Positions 49,312 through 62,578 of a stretch of DNA of 64,000 nt are shown here, in pieces (the stretch's first letter is position 1; each line of letters opens with the position of its first letter). The translations under genes were made by a program, and so were the position numbers. The notes below the pieces were generated by a model. The model searched no databases, was not told where the DNA came from, and saw only the letters and a list, made by a program, of their open reading frames with translations. The stretch spans positions 8,213,751-8,277,750 of the forward strand of contig OZ037773.1 in NCBI GenBank assembly GCA_964035545.1, given 5' to 3'. The stretch is from Bugula neritina. Lineage: Eukaryota > Animalia > Bryozoa.

Positions 49312-52300
49312 ATGGTAAGTAGCGGTATTGTATAGCACACTTACATCTCTCACATGCCATTAGTATAAATATTTTAGTTTGATATAGCACAGTGCTAGCG
49401 CAGTGTAAAGATAGTGTAATATAGCACAGTGCTAGTATAGTATAAATATAGTGTAACTAATAGACATAGCACAGTGTTAACACAGCTAGTAGAAATATAG
49501 TGTAACTAATAGATATAGCACGGTGTTAGCACAGTATAAATATAGTGTAACTAATAGATATAGCACAGTGTTAGCACAGTATAAATATAGAGTAATATAG
49601 CTCAGAGAAAGCTTTTACCCAGTCGAGCTGATCTTTCTGATCTTCAGTACTAATACCAACAATTGGCACGATATCGTTTTCCAAGTCCTTTAAGTTTTTA
49701 TTTCTTATTCTTAAAACTGCAAGCTTGCATGAATAAAGGTCATCGCTTTGCTGATAAGAGCATAATTTTCTGAATGCAAATAATTTTGCAATACATTTTG
49801 TTCTATAGCTCCTCACACAATCCAAGCTTCAATATTGTTTCATGAAAAATAATTGCTATAATTTATTTCTCAACTTAACTTGTGTGTTAAAATAGTCTGA
49901 GTAGAAAGCAAAGCAAAAGCTTCTGTGGGTGTATTGAGCAGTGATATTTCGTTTTTAAACACTTTCGGTCATTTCTGATTTTTCGTCATGGGAGTTATTA
50001 CGTTATGAGATTTAATCAGGATGAATCAAAGTGTTTTATACACTTTTGCTTTAAATTGTACTGCCATATAATAATCCTGTACTGTCATATAAAAGTGCTG
50101 TGCTGTCATATAAAAATTTTCTACTGTTATTTAAAATTACTACATTGTTATTTAAAATTACTACACTGTCATATAAAAATATTTTAAAGCAATAGTCTTT
50201 TATGCTAGAAAAAATTTAAGCATTGAAAACTTTTGAAATTATGCACTATATTCCAATGAGGTAAAAGCTTTAGGCTAGCTTTATGTTAAGGTAATAAAAT
50301 AATTAAAGGGATAGAATGTTTATTATTTTAATATGTGCCTACTGTGCTTTTTATACAATTTAGTAAAAATACTATTTAGCTTTCACGCACATGTTCTATG
50401 ACATCATTGCTGCCTAAACATGCCGGGCAGCATATTATTGTATCTTATTAGAAAAAGAGATTATTGAATACGATCATAAAAAGCATGTTTTTAGGTTAAA
50501 CTGATATATTCATATTCTGTCTGTATTTTACTTTAGACATCAAAATAAAGCTTCTTTTTTTTTAAAATGGAAAAATAAATAATTTGCATTTAATTCAATT
50601 TATTGATTTAATTGAGTGAATAAAGCCTATAAAGCCTTATTGGATAATTGGATAGCCTGGCAAATTGATTAACTTTATAATAACATAGACACTGTCTACA
50701 AATCCTCAAACATTATAGTCTATAATTATAGACGCTATAAATTACAAACAGTTGCATAAATGCGAGAAATTAAAGTTTATGTGTTGCTCCTATAATACTT
50801 GGTTGCCTTTAAATATTGAAACCACACTGATGATGCCAAAATAAAACACTGCAAAAATCTATTTTCTGCTAATTCCTACAGCATCAAATATATTGACAGA
50901 CTAATTTCATAACCTTGCCTTTTTATCAAAAGTGGCAAAACTTCTAATCACCACAAGCATTCCACTTGTGGGTTAATGCATCTACGTGTAAGTAAAAAAT
51001 TAATGTTTGGATCCACAGTGTTTGTTATGGAAGCTTCAACTTTGACATTATTGTTAACAGACAGACTTGCTTGTTATCTTTGGACTTTATTTTTAGTCAA
51101 TGGATAAATGATAAGTCAGTTAAGTATTTTGCAATGTTGTGATTTTGGTCATAAATGTTTCATTTAAAATCCGCATCTTCTAACTTTAGCAAAAAATAAA
51201 AGATATGAACTCAGAAACAATTTTTGGTTGGTAAAACTGTAATTGTTGTCTTCCTACTTAACCAAGATTATTCTGGCACTGGTTTTCTTCATTTCTCGTA
51301 TTTTTTATAAAAAAAATTGCAAGTTTTGGGAAATGTCAACTATTTATAGACAATAATGGCCATAGGTTTGACCAACTGTATATTGGTTAATTGCATTAAA
51401 TGATATTCATGTTGACGCTTTGATTAATCTTCTTTACTTTCATTTATATCTTTAGCAGGTTTGCACTTCTTGTGTCCATCATAATAATTTGATACCAAAG
51501 CCAAGTTTAAAAACAATCCAAAATATTTAAAGAGTAACGCCACTGTAAAACATGTTTCATGTTATATATATCTATATTAGGAATTTATTAAAGTGGTTGG
51601 AGAGCTCAGTTTCAGGCAAAGATCAAAACAAATTATAATTAAAGTTAAATACAAATAGCATATTTAAAGTTACTGTTTTTATGCTTTCATATTGCATATT
51701 TATTCTATTTTTACAACTAAAAGCTTCATGCTGTGAAATTAAAAATAACTAATATTTTATTTTTTTTTCCAAAACTCTTTTTGCTTTAATAATAAATTAG
51801 TTCATGCACTTTTATATAATTGATATCAGAACATTTTCTGAAAGCAGTAAATCAAACCATTTAATTATTGTCTTATTTTTGTCTTTAGGAAAAAATTAGA
51901 AATTGAAGAACTTCTAAAAACCAAAAGCTAAGACTTTCTCATGAATAACTTATTTATAAAGTTTAGCATTTTAATCTCTTATGCACATTATATATATGGA
52001 TGTAAAGCATTGGCTAAATTAAAAGTAAACAATATATAGGTATGCTGTTCACTTTGCATATTATGTATATATATTATGTATATATATTATGTATATATTA
52101 TGTATATATTATGTATATATATTATGTGTATATATTATGTATATATTATGTATATATATTATGTATATATATTATGTATATATATTATGTATATATATTA
52201 TGTGTATATATTATGTATATATTATGTTGTGAAAAGATATCATGGAATCCAGTTTACTTTAAATTGCAAATTTTCAGGTAAATATTTTAGTTAATAACAT

Positions 52301-55300
52301 ATTAGTGTAAATCTGTTTTCACACACCTAGCATTCTATTGGTTCTAATGAAACATATTGTATAATGTATATTGTATATTATATAATGTGTCATATTTTGC
52401 TTGAATATTGCAATGTATGACAATGTATTACAGTATATTACAATGTATTACAATGTACTGCAATGTATTGCAATGTATTACAATGTATTGCAATGTATTG
52501 CAATGTATTACAATGTATTGCAATGTATGGCAATGTTGCAATGTTATCACTACTATCTCTGTAACAGTATTTTCTAATAGCCTGTTGTTTTTAGATCTCT
52601 AGAATTTATACGTATGTTCGATTTCTTCCAGTTGTACAGAAGACATGCATGCAGTCTGTAGCCTTAGCTCTATGTATTTCAGGATTTCCTTCGAGGTGTA
52701 GCCTGTGTTCTACTAGCTGTAGCTCTTGCTAATTGCACTGAAGAAAGGGAGAAGAAGTTGCACATTGTGGGAGTCAGCCATATTAATATCCGAGTATCCA
52801 ATCTCTCCTCCTCCACTTACTTCTACACTGAGGTAAATAGTTCCACTTCTGCTCTTCTCGTAGCCTCTCTTGACCCAAAAACTCAATCAACGTTCAGGTT
52901 TATAATTCTATGTATCATTAAAATCCAAGAAACATTAAAGAAAGCATTTTGAAAAAATATCACAAAGCTGAGGCTAGAAGATGTAAGGAGTCTGAGGTGG
53001 GATCACTTTTACATCGACTTGACCGTATCTATAATCCATAAGCAATACTGTAATAATAATAATTAATATAATAGAAATATTGTTAAAATTCTCACTCTAC
53101 ATGATTATTATATAACTAGAAAATTAACATGGAGTGTGTACCATACCACTAGATCTATATTATAAAGGACTAGTATTTTATAATATAGACCCAATATACC
53201 AAACAGTTGGTTAATTATTTGGTATATTTGTTCTTATAGCAACTACCGATTACCACTAGTATATTCACTGTACCATTTCTGGTGTGCCATTATGAGAATT
53301 GGTTTGTTGCAGATATTAGGTGGGAAGCTGGTTGATGAACTCTCTTGTTTGGAAGGTACTTCTGATATGGAATACATTAGACTGTGGACTAGAGAGGCTG
53401 CAGAGCAGATAGTTGAGGATTGTGCTGTGGAGGAAGCAGACTGTGACAAAATATCGCCAGTTTCCACCTCATGGAAGGTAACGATTAACCAACTAATTTT
53501 CTCTCTCCACTTCTCCTTCTTCTTCCCCCTCCCCTCCCCTTACTCGCACCAGAATCGACTGACTGAGCAGGCAATCTTATGATTCGTTCTTAACTCTCCT
53601 CTGAATTTCTTCTCATTGCTAATTGAACTTGGTGAAAGTGAGGCTTGCTTATGTATCTTGATTCATTGAGATAAATAGCATTCCATAGTAACACAGTCCA
53701 ATATTAGTAACAGCCCTACTCTGATATGATACTGATAATGCTTGCCAACAGACTGGCTGTAACACTTCATCACAAGTCAGTTGACAGGTCTGGGGGCCTT
53801 CTGTAAAGGTCGCTGCTCGCTGCCTTCTGCACTCTTACAGTGTAAATGCCATTCACTAAGGCTGCATGGCTACACCAAGTTCTAGTTTTCACTTTTGATA
53901 GCTTTAGCCTTCATATACATACCAACCTTCACCAGGAGCTTTCTGTTTCCTTCTTGACCAAATTACCTTTGGACTCCATCAGAGCTGGTACACAGACCTG
54001 CCAACTGTCCTCCACCCAGTATCCCATTGCTGCATCCTAGTCGCTGGTGACGAGAGCAACTCTTTAGTCAAGTCTGATCATTGCTTTTTGCTGAATGAGT
54101 TATCCAAGCCAAGAATTTAAAAACACGTCAGAAATTGTTGACATGTGGTTTTTACAACTGCATCAGCTGACCATGCATGCCTGTGTAGTTAATGATTACT
54201 CAGATCCTCTGAGATTTGTATACGTGAGGCTATTGGCTGTTAATATAATCATAGCCTTGGATTCTTGCGTAATTCAGTTGGAGAAAACATTTCCTACAGC
54301 TCAAGGTTCAAATGACAATGGAAATTGAAATAAACTTCAGTTTGAAGTCATAAGAAATTATATTATAGCCCATTTATAGATTATTTTGATTTTAATTGTC
54401 ATTCAATACTTCCCTATTGATACTAGTAATACAACTATAGTATTATTGACAATACTACTCAATTTTAAGGGTTTGATTTTTGCAGTTTGCTATATAGTTC
54501 CGGTTGTGGAGCAACTGCATATGCAGCACAAGTGCGTGTATGCATGTGTGCGTACAAGCATGTGTGTGTGTGTGTGCATGTGCGTATGTAAGTTATATTA
54601 TTATTAGTAATATAACGTTTATTATATCCGCACATTTCATATCTTGAGTACAATATCTATTGTTGCCGTATAACATAATAAGAATGCACTCCTGTACATA
54701 TTTGTAGAAAGATGACAGAAGTTGTACTCTCTTGTTGTAGGTGTACTTCGCTTCTGTACTATTCGACAACATGATGATGCAACTAGTTCAGTATGAGTCG
54801 ATAGGACAGGATGTTGAAGAGAACGTAACTCCAACATCTCCAATCCAAGACATGGCCGGGACTAAAATAGCTTTCTGGTTGGAAGACTCAGTAAACTTGA
54901 CAGAGTATGCTGAATATATAGAAGAGAGGTCTCAGAATTATGGCCTTGAGAAAGTATGTTAACTGCTCTCTTGTACTAGGAGGTAGAAACAGTCTTTTGC
55001 CTTTTGTAATGAGAGATAAGTCAATATAATTATTGCATCAATTTATTCAATAGCTACATGTATATCTTCTGACTTAGCTGAAAATATCCATAGCTCATAT
55101 ATTGTTTGTTGTTTGTGCTAGTGAAACGTGAAAATTTAAATTAAGCTAGAAAAGAAATCTTTCTTAACATGCCTTTTGTAGAGTAGATAACTCTGAACAT
55201 GTCCCTTGTAGAGTAGATAACTCTGAACATGTTCCTTGTAGGTCAGGTTCATGAGACCACTATTGTTGTCGGACAATGCCAACTTCAGAGAGGCCAATAA

Positions 55301-57546
55301 AGGTGTACGTGAATTGCGAGATGAGAAACTGAAAGGCCTTTCTATTGGCTATGCTAAGGGTAAGACGATGAGAACAGTATTGTACATCTACAAGTATTAT
55401 TTCTTACTGTCATTGCGATTGGTTTTTCTATATATTATGTATGCTGTAATTGGTCCTTATACGTATTATATGCTCTGATAGGTCCTGATGGAGAGAATAT
55501 AAAAGTTATTCAATTGGTCGAGTCCAGTAAAAATAGTTTTGGGAGACATTACTGCCAGGCTAAAATGATTTCTTCAGCTTTACTCAACTCGGATAGATGT
55601 GAGTATCACTACAGTATGAACATGTGGTGGTACAATGTGTACATGTTATAGTACAGTGTGTACATGTTATAGTACAGTGTGTACATGTTATAGTACAGTG
55701 TGTACATGTTATAGTACAGTGTGTACATGTTATGGTACAGTGTGTACATGTGTATAGTACAGTGTGTACATGTTATAGTACAGTGTGTACATGTTATAGT
55801 ACAGTGCGTACATGTTATAGTACAGTGTGTACATGTGTATATGCAGGTGAGCACAGTCACCACGGCAACCAATCACGACTGAACGGAGTTAATCACATAA
55901 GCATCATGACGGCAGATGTTAATAGCACTCTCGAGTTTTTCATTAACAAAATGGGTGCCTATTTCATAGATGATGTCCAGCCTAGTCACTTACAAAGTAT
56001 GTATTTATACACTAGCTTGTTTGCACATACTCAAATACTTAGACTTTATGGGATTGGCTAATTGTCTTACACAGTTTACATAATTGGTTAGATTCTGTGG
56101 AGCTTGATCTTTACGGAATAGATGTCAAATAGACCTTTTATATAGCATGATGATGCTAAAAACGTTCTGGTATTATGTCCAAGTTTTCTAATACGAAATG
56201 CTATACAGGAAATTTATATGTGGTATTGCACTGTGACTGTTTCTGTACAGTGGGTGCATAAATTACTAAAGTGTGCGTATAAAGAGCTACAGTGATCATA
56301 TATTATATACGTTAGTGCTAAATCCAGCACTGTCACCTGTCAATAACCTGGTTACCTGTTGTCACCAGGTCCCAGCCTGTCCAAGATAATGGTGGACAAA
56401 CTCCTGGCTCGCTCTACAAATGGTGAAGGAGTAATCCTGGAGGATGATGATTTTAAGGTAAGTATATTGCATAATATAATATTCTAGGTAGTCTGTTGTT
56501 ATGTGCTGTAATCTGCTGAAATATGCAGTAATATATTGTTTACAAAGTTTATAAATATTTATCACACAAATCTTTTTCACTCTTTGTATCTACAGTAGCC
56601 TCCATATGTTTACTCGTGCAAATAGCTTGACTGTTTTTAGCACTTCATATTATTTTTTCTGCTGATTTTCCTTCTTATAGTCCAAACTGCTGCAGATGGT
56701 ATCCTCGGTGGAGCTTAACATGCGTTACATCCTCTTGGGCAATATCATGGTAGAAGTTGTCTTTCTTACAGGTGTGTTATCTAGAATATTCCATCTGCTC
56801 AGCTTCCACATCTGTAACCACCGTTTGACATGCTAGTCTGCATTACCATGTTGATTATACTGTAGGCCTTCCCCCTAATAGTGGAGACAACTTCAAGATG
56901 TTTGACATCATGCCGGACTCTTCCTTTTCTCTACCGGGCAGTACTGAGATTGCTTTCATGTTCTCAAGGAAGAGAGATTTGGAAAACTTTGCAGCAGAAA
57001 ATGTAAGTTTTTTGATAAAAATTTCACGTACTAAAAATTCCGTTATAATAGCAACACGCTGTCTATATAATCCTCTGAATAAATTATATATACCCTGAAT
57101 TCCATGTTTGTAATACTATTGAATAAAAGCTAATCAATTTTATGTGTGACTAGAATCAGGATTGAAACAATTAATTGGAGAGTTATCTACTAACGTCGCA
57201 TGAATTCAAAGCAAAAACTAGAAACTTAAGCTAAGCTGAATATTATAGCACATGTGATGTAGTGAATAAGTATCAATTTATTTTACAGGGTGGGCTGGTG
57301 CAGCCCTCAACCATCAGCAAAGGGCCTCTGCAAGGATTGACGTCTGCACTGATGACATCACCCAGCAAGCATACAATCCGACTGGTTCACTTTAGCCATA
57401 GTTCTAAACACCACCTGCACAGCAGCATGAGGAGGCATGGCGCCGTACACCCTGCCTTTGATGGTCTCAACCCATGGCTATCCGAAGGCTATTACGATTT
57501 CTGTCAACAGTTTGAAACACTCAGCGAATCATCAGAAGTCGAGTGA
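49312..57546 (+). CDS. secreted tandem VOC (glyoxalase/bleomycin-resistance fold) protein, ~496 aa, 11 coding exons
   Basis: Exons 49312-49314 (ATG|gtaagt, in-frame TAG upstream), 52683-52832, 53313-53477, 54741-54953, 55242-55359, 55482-55598, 55847-55996, 56369-56457, 56681-56771, 56866-57002, 57289-57546 total 1491 nt. Signal peptide MDFLRGVACVLLAVALA; two VOC openings (GVSHINIRVSNLSSSTYFYTEILG and GVNHISIMTADVNSTLEFFINKMG); closing motif YAKGPDGENIKVIQ. The ATG-only first exon is inferred. Confidence 0.8.
52068..52545 (+). repeat. two low-complexity arrays: (TATTATGTATATA)n at 52068-52227 and (CAATGTATTR)n at 52405-52545
   Basis: Direct reading. Confidence 0.8.
55167..55241 (+). repeat. 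30-bp repeat giving three stacked AG acceptors before VOC exon 55242
   Basis: AACATGYYCYTTGTAG|AGTAGATAACTCTG x2, then AACATGTTCCTTGTAG|GTCAGG. Confidence 0.85.
55610..55840 (+). repeat. 21-bp minisatellite filling a VOC intron
   Basis: TACAGTGTGTACATGTTATAG x ~10. Confidence 0.9.
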
Positions 57547-59008
57547 CAGAAACTAGACTTCAATGGCTTTTGTGACAATTTGAAACTTTTTAAACTTTAT
57601 AATTTTACAGCTTTCTTTATTGTTTACTTTGTAATATTTGATATTCCAAAGAGTAGTTCCCTATAAAACATATATTCCAATGTTGGTGATTTTGTTTTGG
57701 GTGTATGTTGAGTTTCATTTTTAAAGCTTTAATTTATAATTTGCTAACACTTTTGACCGTTTCAAGTTGACTGTTGAACCATTCAAAGTCACACAATTTG
57801 TGGTAGCACAACCCTTTTAAAATAACTATGAGTTTTGGTGTTTTAAGTGCTCTACTTGATTTCACAAAGTCCTCACATGTTCGCGCATGCATCTGTCCAG
57901 TCACAATAGTCGATGTGATTTGATGAGAATATTCCGTTGTAATTACTTTATCCCTTTCTGCTATATCTTTTCAGTTTGTATAGTCCTACAGCATAATTAT
58001 GTTTTGTGCATTCTATTCTGCTGTTAAATTCACTAAGTATTTATTATATTCTTACATATTGTAAATGTATATCCTAAAAGTGCATAATAAAATATATAAT
58101 TCCTTGTTGTTAAAAACTGCAATGAAGTTGAAATGTATTTTATAATTAAAAGTATAGAGCTTTAAGGGAAGTTAATATTAAAAACCACATAGTTGCAGTG
58201 GTTTCATTCCTCAAATTTTTCAAGTATGAAAGTTAGTCTTCTGCTAGTCATTGATTAGAAAACAGCTTCCCAGGTGAATACAACTTCCAAACTCAATTAA
58301 ATTAATATATCCAACACATACTGTATACTACTGCATGTTGCTCTGTTAATTGTAGTATAAACCAGAATTTATTAAACTCATTTAGCTGAATGGAGACATA
58401 TCAATTAAAATTACTCCTTAGTTAGCTATAGCTTTTGATAAATGATGTCTATTTAGTTTATCAACTGTCGGACCACCTGATGACTGAATTTCACATTAGA
58501 CTATGGCAATGAAACCTCATAGTTAGCTCAAAGTCTCTTGTTGTATTTTTTTAGCATTATTTTAATTTTATGTCCTTCAATTTATACTGTGATTGATGAC
58601 CTTGAATTAGAACTAAGTTAAAGTAGCTATTCCATTAATACTCGAATTAAATGTAGTCCGGGTAGACAACTCTCCTAACCAAACTTGAAATATTATAATC
58701 TATTGTGTTTTATGATCCTATGTACCAAAGCACTTACTTTGTATATTACTTTACTATTATTTATCGCAATCAATCCTTCACTTCTCTTTCAAGAGCAACT
58801 ATAGTTTGTGATAAATTAGTTGTATCACTTATAAGTCATGTATATTAAGCTCCTTTTACTGTATGTAATATCACGTCACATATAGTACTACAGGTTTACA
58901 GGGAAATAGTTTGCTGTACTTACCCCACATAGCTTGTATTTACTAGATCTACACATTCACTGAAGTAAACACACTTTACCATACAGTCTTAGCATCTCAC
59001 AGCCTGTG

Positions 59009-61010
59009 ATGGCTTTCTATGGAGCACTTGGTAGACATCCAGGTGGCCCTGCTCATTCTAGCCTGCAGGTAAATTGCTATACATAAATAACAACTTTACT
59101 TGAGTACTATTTAGTCAGACTAATACGAACTCTCTAATTGATATATTGTTTATATTTTGACACATTTACAAGTATTGCAACATTGACGTTTTTAACGCTG
59201 CATACCATCTGAGTGCATTTAGCATCATATATATGGCTAAAAACTGAGTTAAATAAATATGCTCACTCTATACACTTGGATTTTTTATAAATATCCTATT
59301 CAGGAGCAAAGTTTACCTAAGATGTTATTAAACTATATATTAGCTTAATTATTACATTATATTATTTATATCATATCACGCATCTGCAAATTATAACTTT
59401 CAAATAAAGATTTTGTGCAACAATTTACCCAGTTACAACCACAACTGTTTTCTTATACATACTCACTGCAGGCATCTACTGTACACATTCACTGTAGACA
59501 TCCACTGTACGTACTCACCATAGGCATTCACTGTACACATTCACTGTAGACATTAACTGTACGTACTCACCACAGACATTCACTGTAGACATCCACTGTA
59601 CATAACAAAATTGCATGATAGAAAATATAAATAGCAAATATTATCCTACTCCTTAGGGTACTTCATACGGACAGCAAGCCTACCCTGTGATTGGTGGACT
59701 CTGGCCAGGAAGGATGATGCGAATCACCGGGATGCCCACCCCAACTGCTAACAGGTTTGTGATTGGTCTACAGACTACAGACGACATTAGAAGAGCTGAC
59801 ATTATCTTCCATATGGATGTGCGGTTTCTATGGGGTGGGGACTCAATGGTGGTCTTACGAAACTCCAGGTTAGCAACCCCTTTTTATCTCCGTAAGAATT
59901 AAGGCTATATGTGTAGAAACTGCACTAACATAAATAAATTCAGTTTTACCTTTTGCAGTGTATGTTAAGTATACATACATGCAGAGTATACAAATTACAA
60001 AGAGTATATATACAAAGAACACATACATAGAATATATGCAGAGAGTATATAGTAGATAATACAAAGCATACATACAAAGAGCAGTGGCAGAAAAAGAGTG
60101 TAAAAGTTTGATGTTTGGTACTAACTATAGTTTGGAAAATACGTGATTCAAAATTAACATACTCAAAACTTCTGTTACTTTTTATGTAAAATGGCTTAAA
60201 AGTAATTATAATAGAAATTATTATTTCATTCTATGTTATGTAATGGGAAAAACAATATAATATGTCAATTTTGATGTTTTAAGACTTTAAATCTAATATT
60301 AACATAATTATATGTTATATTATTTATCATATAATATGTTGGTTTTGGAATAGCTATTTTCTTGTAAGAGCAGCTTATGCCTTCACAAAAAAAGATAAAT
60401 CCTCATTAAATGCAACATTAGCAGCTGCATGCTTCTTAAATGTTATATTTTTAGAAAATTGTGCATTAAGTCATTGCATTCTCAGGTACGGTTACTTTAG
60501 ACTGTGTTCTTTGATCTTTATGATACAGGATTAATGGAGAGTGGCTGATACCTGACAGATACACACCATTCTTTCCATTGCTACCTGGAGCTTACTTTGA
60601 GATCTTAATCTTTGTAGAAGCTCTCTGTATAAGAGTAAGTTATCTCCCCTGACTACAGGCTACATGGAAAGACCTGTATGAACTGGTGGAGTTATCTTAT
60701 TTTGTCAAAATGAGCTTTGTGGAACTATAAAGTTGTCTCCCAAGAACTTTATTTAGCTTCCATTGAATTCTTTATTTTTAAATTCGAAAAATATAGTATT
60801 TTTAGTACAACAATTGACCATTATACAGCCATTTTTTCATTTGTTTAAAAAATAGCCTTGGTGCATTTATGCCTGTTATAATTACAGGTGCTCGTCAACA
60901 ACCAGCCGTGGTTTGAGTACAGTCATGACAACCATGGCTACCCCCTGCACAGTATTACATGCCTCTGGATAGCAGGGGACGTGATGCTTCATCATGTACA
61001 AGTGACTTGA
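59009..61010 (+). CDS. galectin-family lectin, single CRD, ~166 aa
   Basis: Exons 59009-59068, 59657-59868, 60529-60634, 60888-61010. Motifs: GGLWPGRMMRITG, RFVIGL, DIIFHMDVRF, VVLRNSRINGEW, FPLLPGAYFEILI, VLVNNQPWFEYSH, LWIAGDVML. AATAAA at ~61034. Confidence 0.88.
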
Positions 61011-62578
61011 GTCTCTCACTCACTATAATCCTAATAAATACATTCCGCACACCAACTGACAATAATAAGACAACTCCTTGATGTTATGACATTTTCATAT
61101 TATTATATAATTATATAATGTGTATTGAATTGTTTTTATATAATTTGTAAATGTATTACAAGTCCATACATTTCAATATTATAATATTATAATGTAATTT
61201 TTTTTATTTCTATGCAAAGCTTTTAATGAGCTCATAACTCCATTTATATAATAAAATTGCCCCGCATGAGAACTCTGCAGTAAATTGCTCTTTCTAAAGC
61301 AAAGCTTAGCTAGTCATAAATCTTGTAAATTAATACTGTTTAACCTTTATAATTATTACATGAAATAAATATAGGACTATAACAATAGTTGCAATCACTT
61401 TGATGTTTAAATGCTATGATAGAAGGTTTTAGGATACGTACTTTTTATTAGGATTAATGTTAAACCATTTACCTACCAATTTACAAACTTGGTGAATCAG
61501 TTTGAGTAATTGATACTTTTTTATTAATAATTGATAAATGACTATTAATAAAGCATTAAAAATAAATATATAATCAAGAAATAATAATGCATGATTTTGC
61601 ACCTGTTTCAATCTAAAATTTCCTCACACAGTTTTATAAATTTATGCTTTGAAAATCATGTTAATATAATACAAGTTGTTGCATTACTAGCGCACATTGA
61701 CACATTCTCAATTGATCGCTTCATTTACACTCTCTGTATATGCGCACTCTTTATATTTCTGTATGCACACAAGCACACATTTTCTGCCCCTCGTACCTTA
61801 TTATATTATTTATACTTAAACTTATACCTTTTACTACTGTAGCTAGATTTACTTAAATCATAATTGTGTTATCTGTACATAGCAAAGGAAACTGCTGATA
61901 ACTGATCAAATCAAAACTACGATATATAAAAATTGAGGCCTAAAGTGTATTATTTTATATAATACAATCATATGTTGCATCTCTTAAATTGATATAATGA
62001 AAACAATTTTTGTTCACTCCAAGTATAAATTTTCAAAACTGCATCATTCTAAACAATTTCCATATGAAATTAGAACAAAAACATCTATAATAAATCAGAA
62101 CTCATCGGATTATGATGCTTGCAGTTATAAGGAGAGTGATTTAATCATGCGCTTTCAAAATTGATACATGGAGTTATGCTTTCTTTTTTTGCACCTGCAG
62201 GAAACAAATATCTGCGAAATTCGTTTGAACGTTTTAGTCAAATAAATATTATTTTTGTCTATTTTTAAATTTATTTATAATTTTTTCTTAAACTATTTTA
62301 AAAGATTAATTTATATAGAGTACTAATGTCAATATGACTTTATATGAAGGTCTCCATCTATACGAGGTCGAAGGGCGTGTCTCTTGAATGCAGACTTCCC
62401 TTATTGCAGACGATAAAAAATGCTGTGTTAAAATAAGTGAATTTCTTGCAAACCATTAGTGTTAGTTTTAGATTTAGTATTTATAGTGATCACGATGCAT
62501 GTGTATTGCAGTATCAAACACATATAGACTGATGTAAACGTATGAATGCTAGATTGTTGTTTATATTTACAAGTTGAA

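Noticed and set aside
50820-50860. CTGATGA hammerhead-like core (also at 27854, 33468 and 58478)
   Set aside because: No properly placed GAAA or flanking stems.
53700-54090. GC-richer intronic patch that might be a decayed retroelement (similar patches at 13380-13720 and 44000-44260)
   Set aside because: No RT, endonuclease or transposase motif could be read with confidence.
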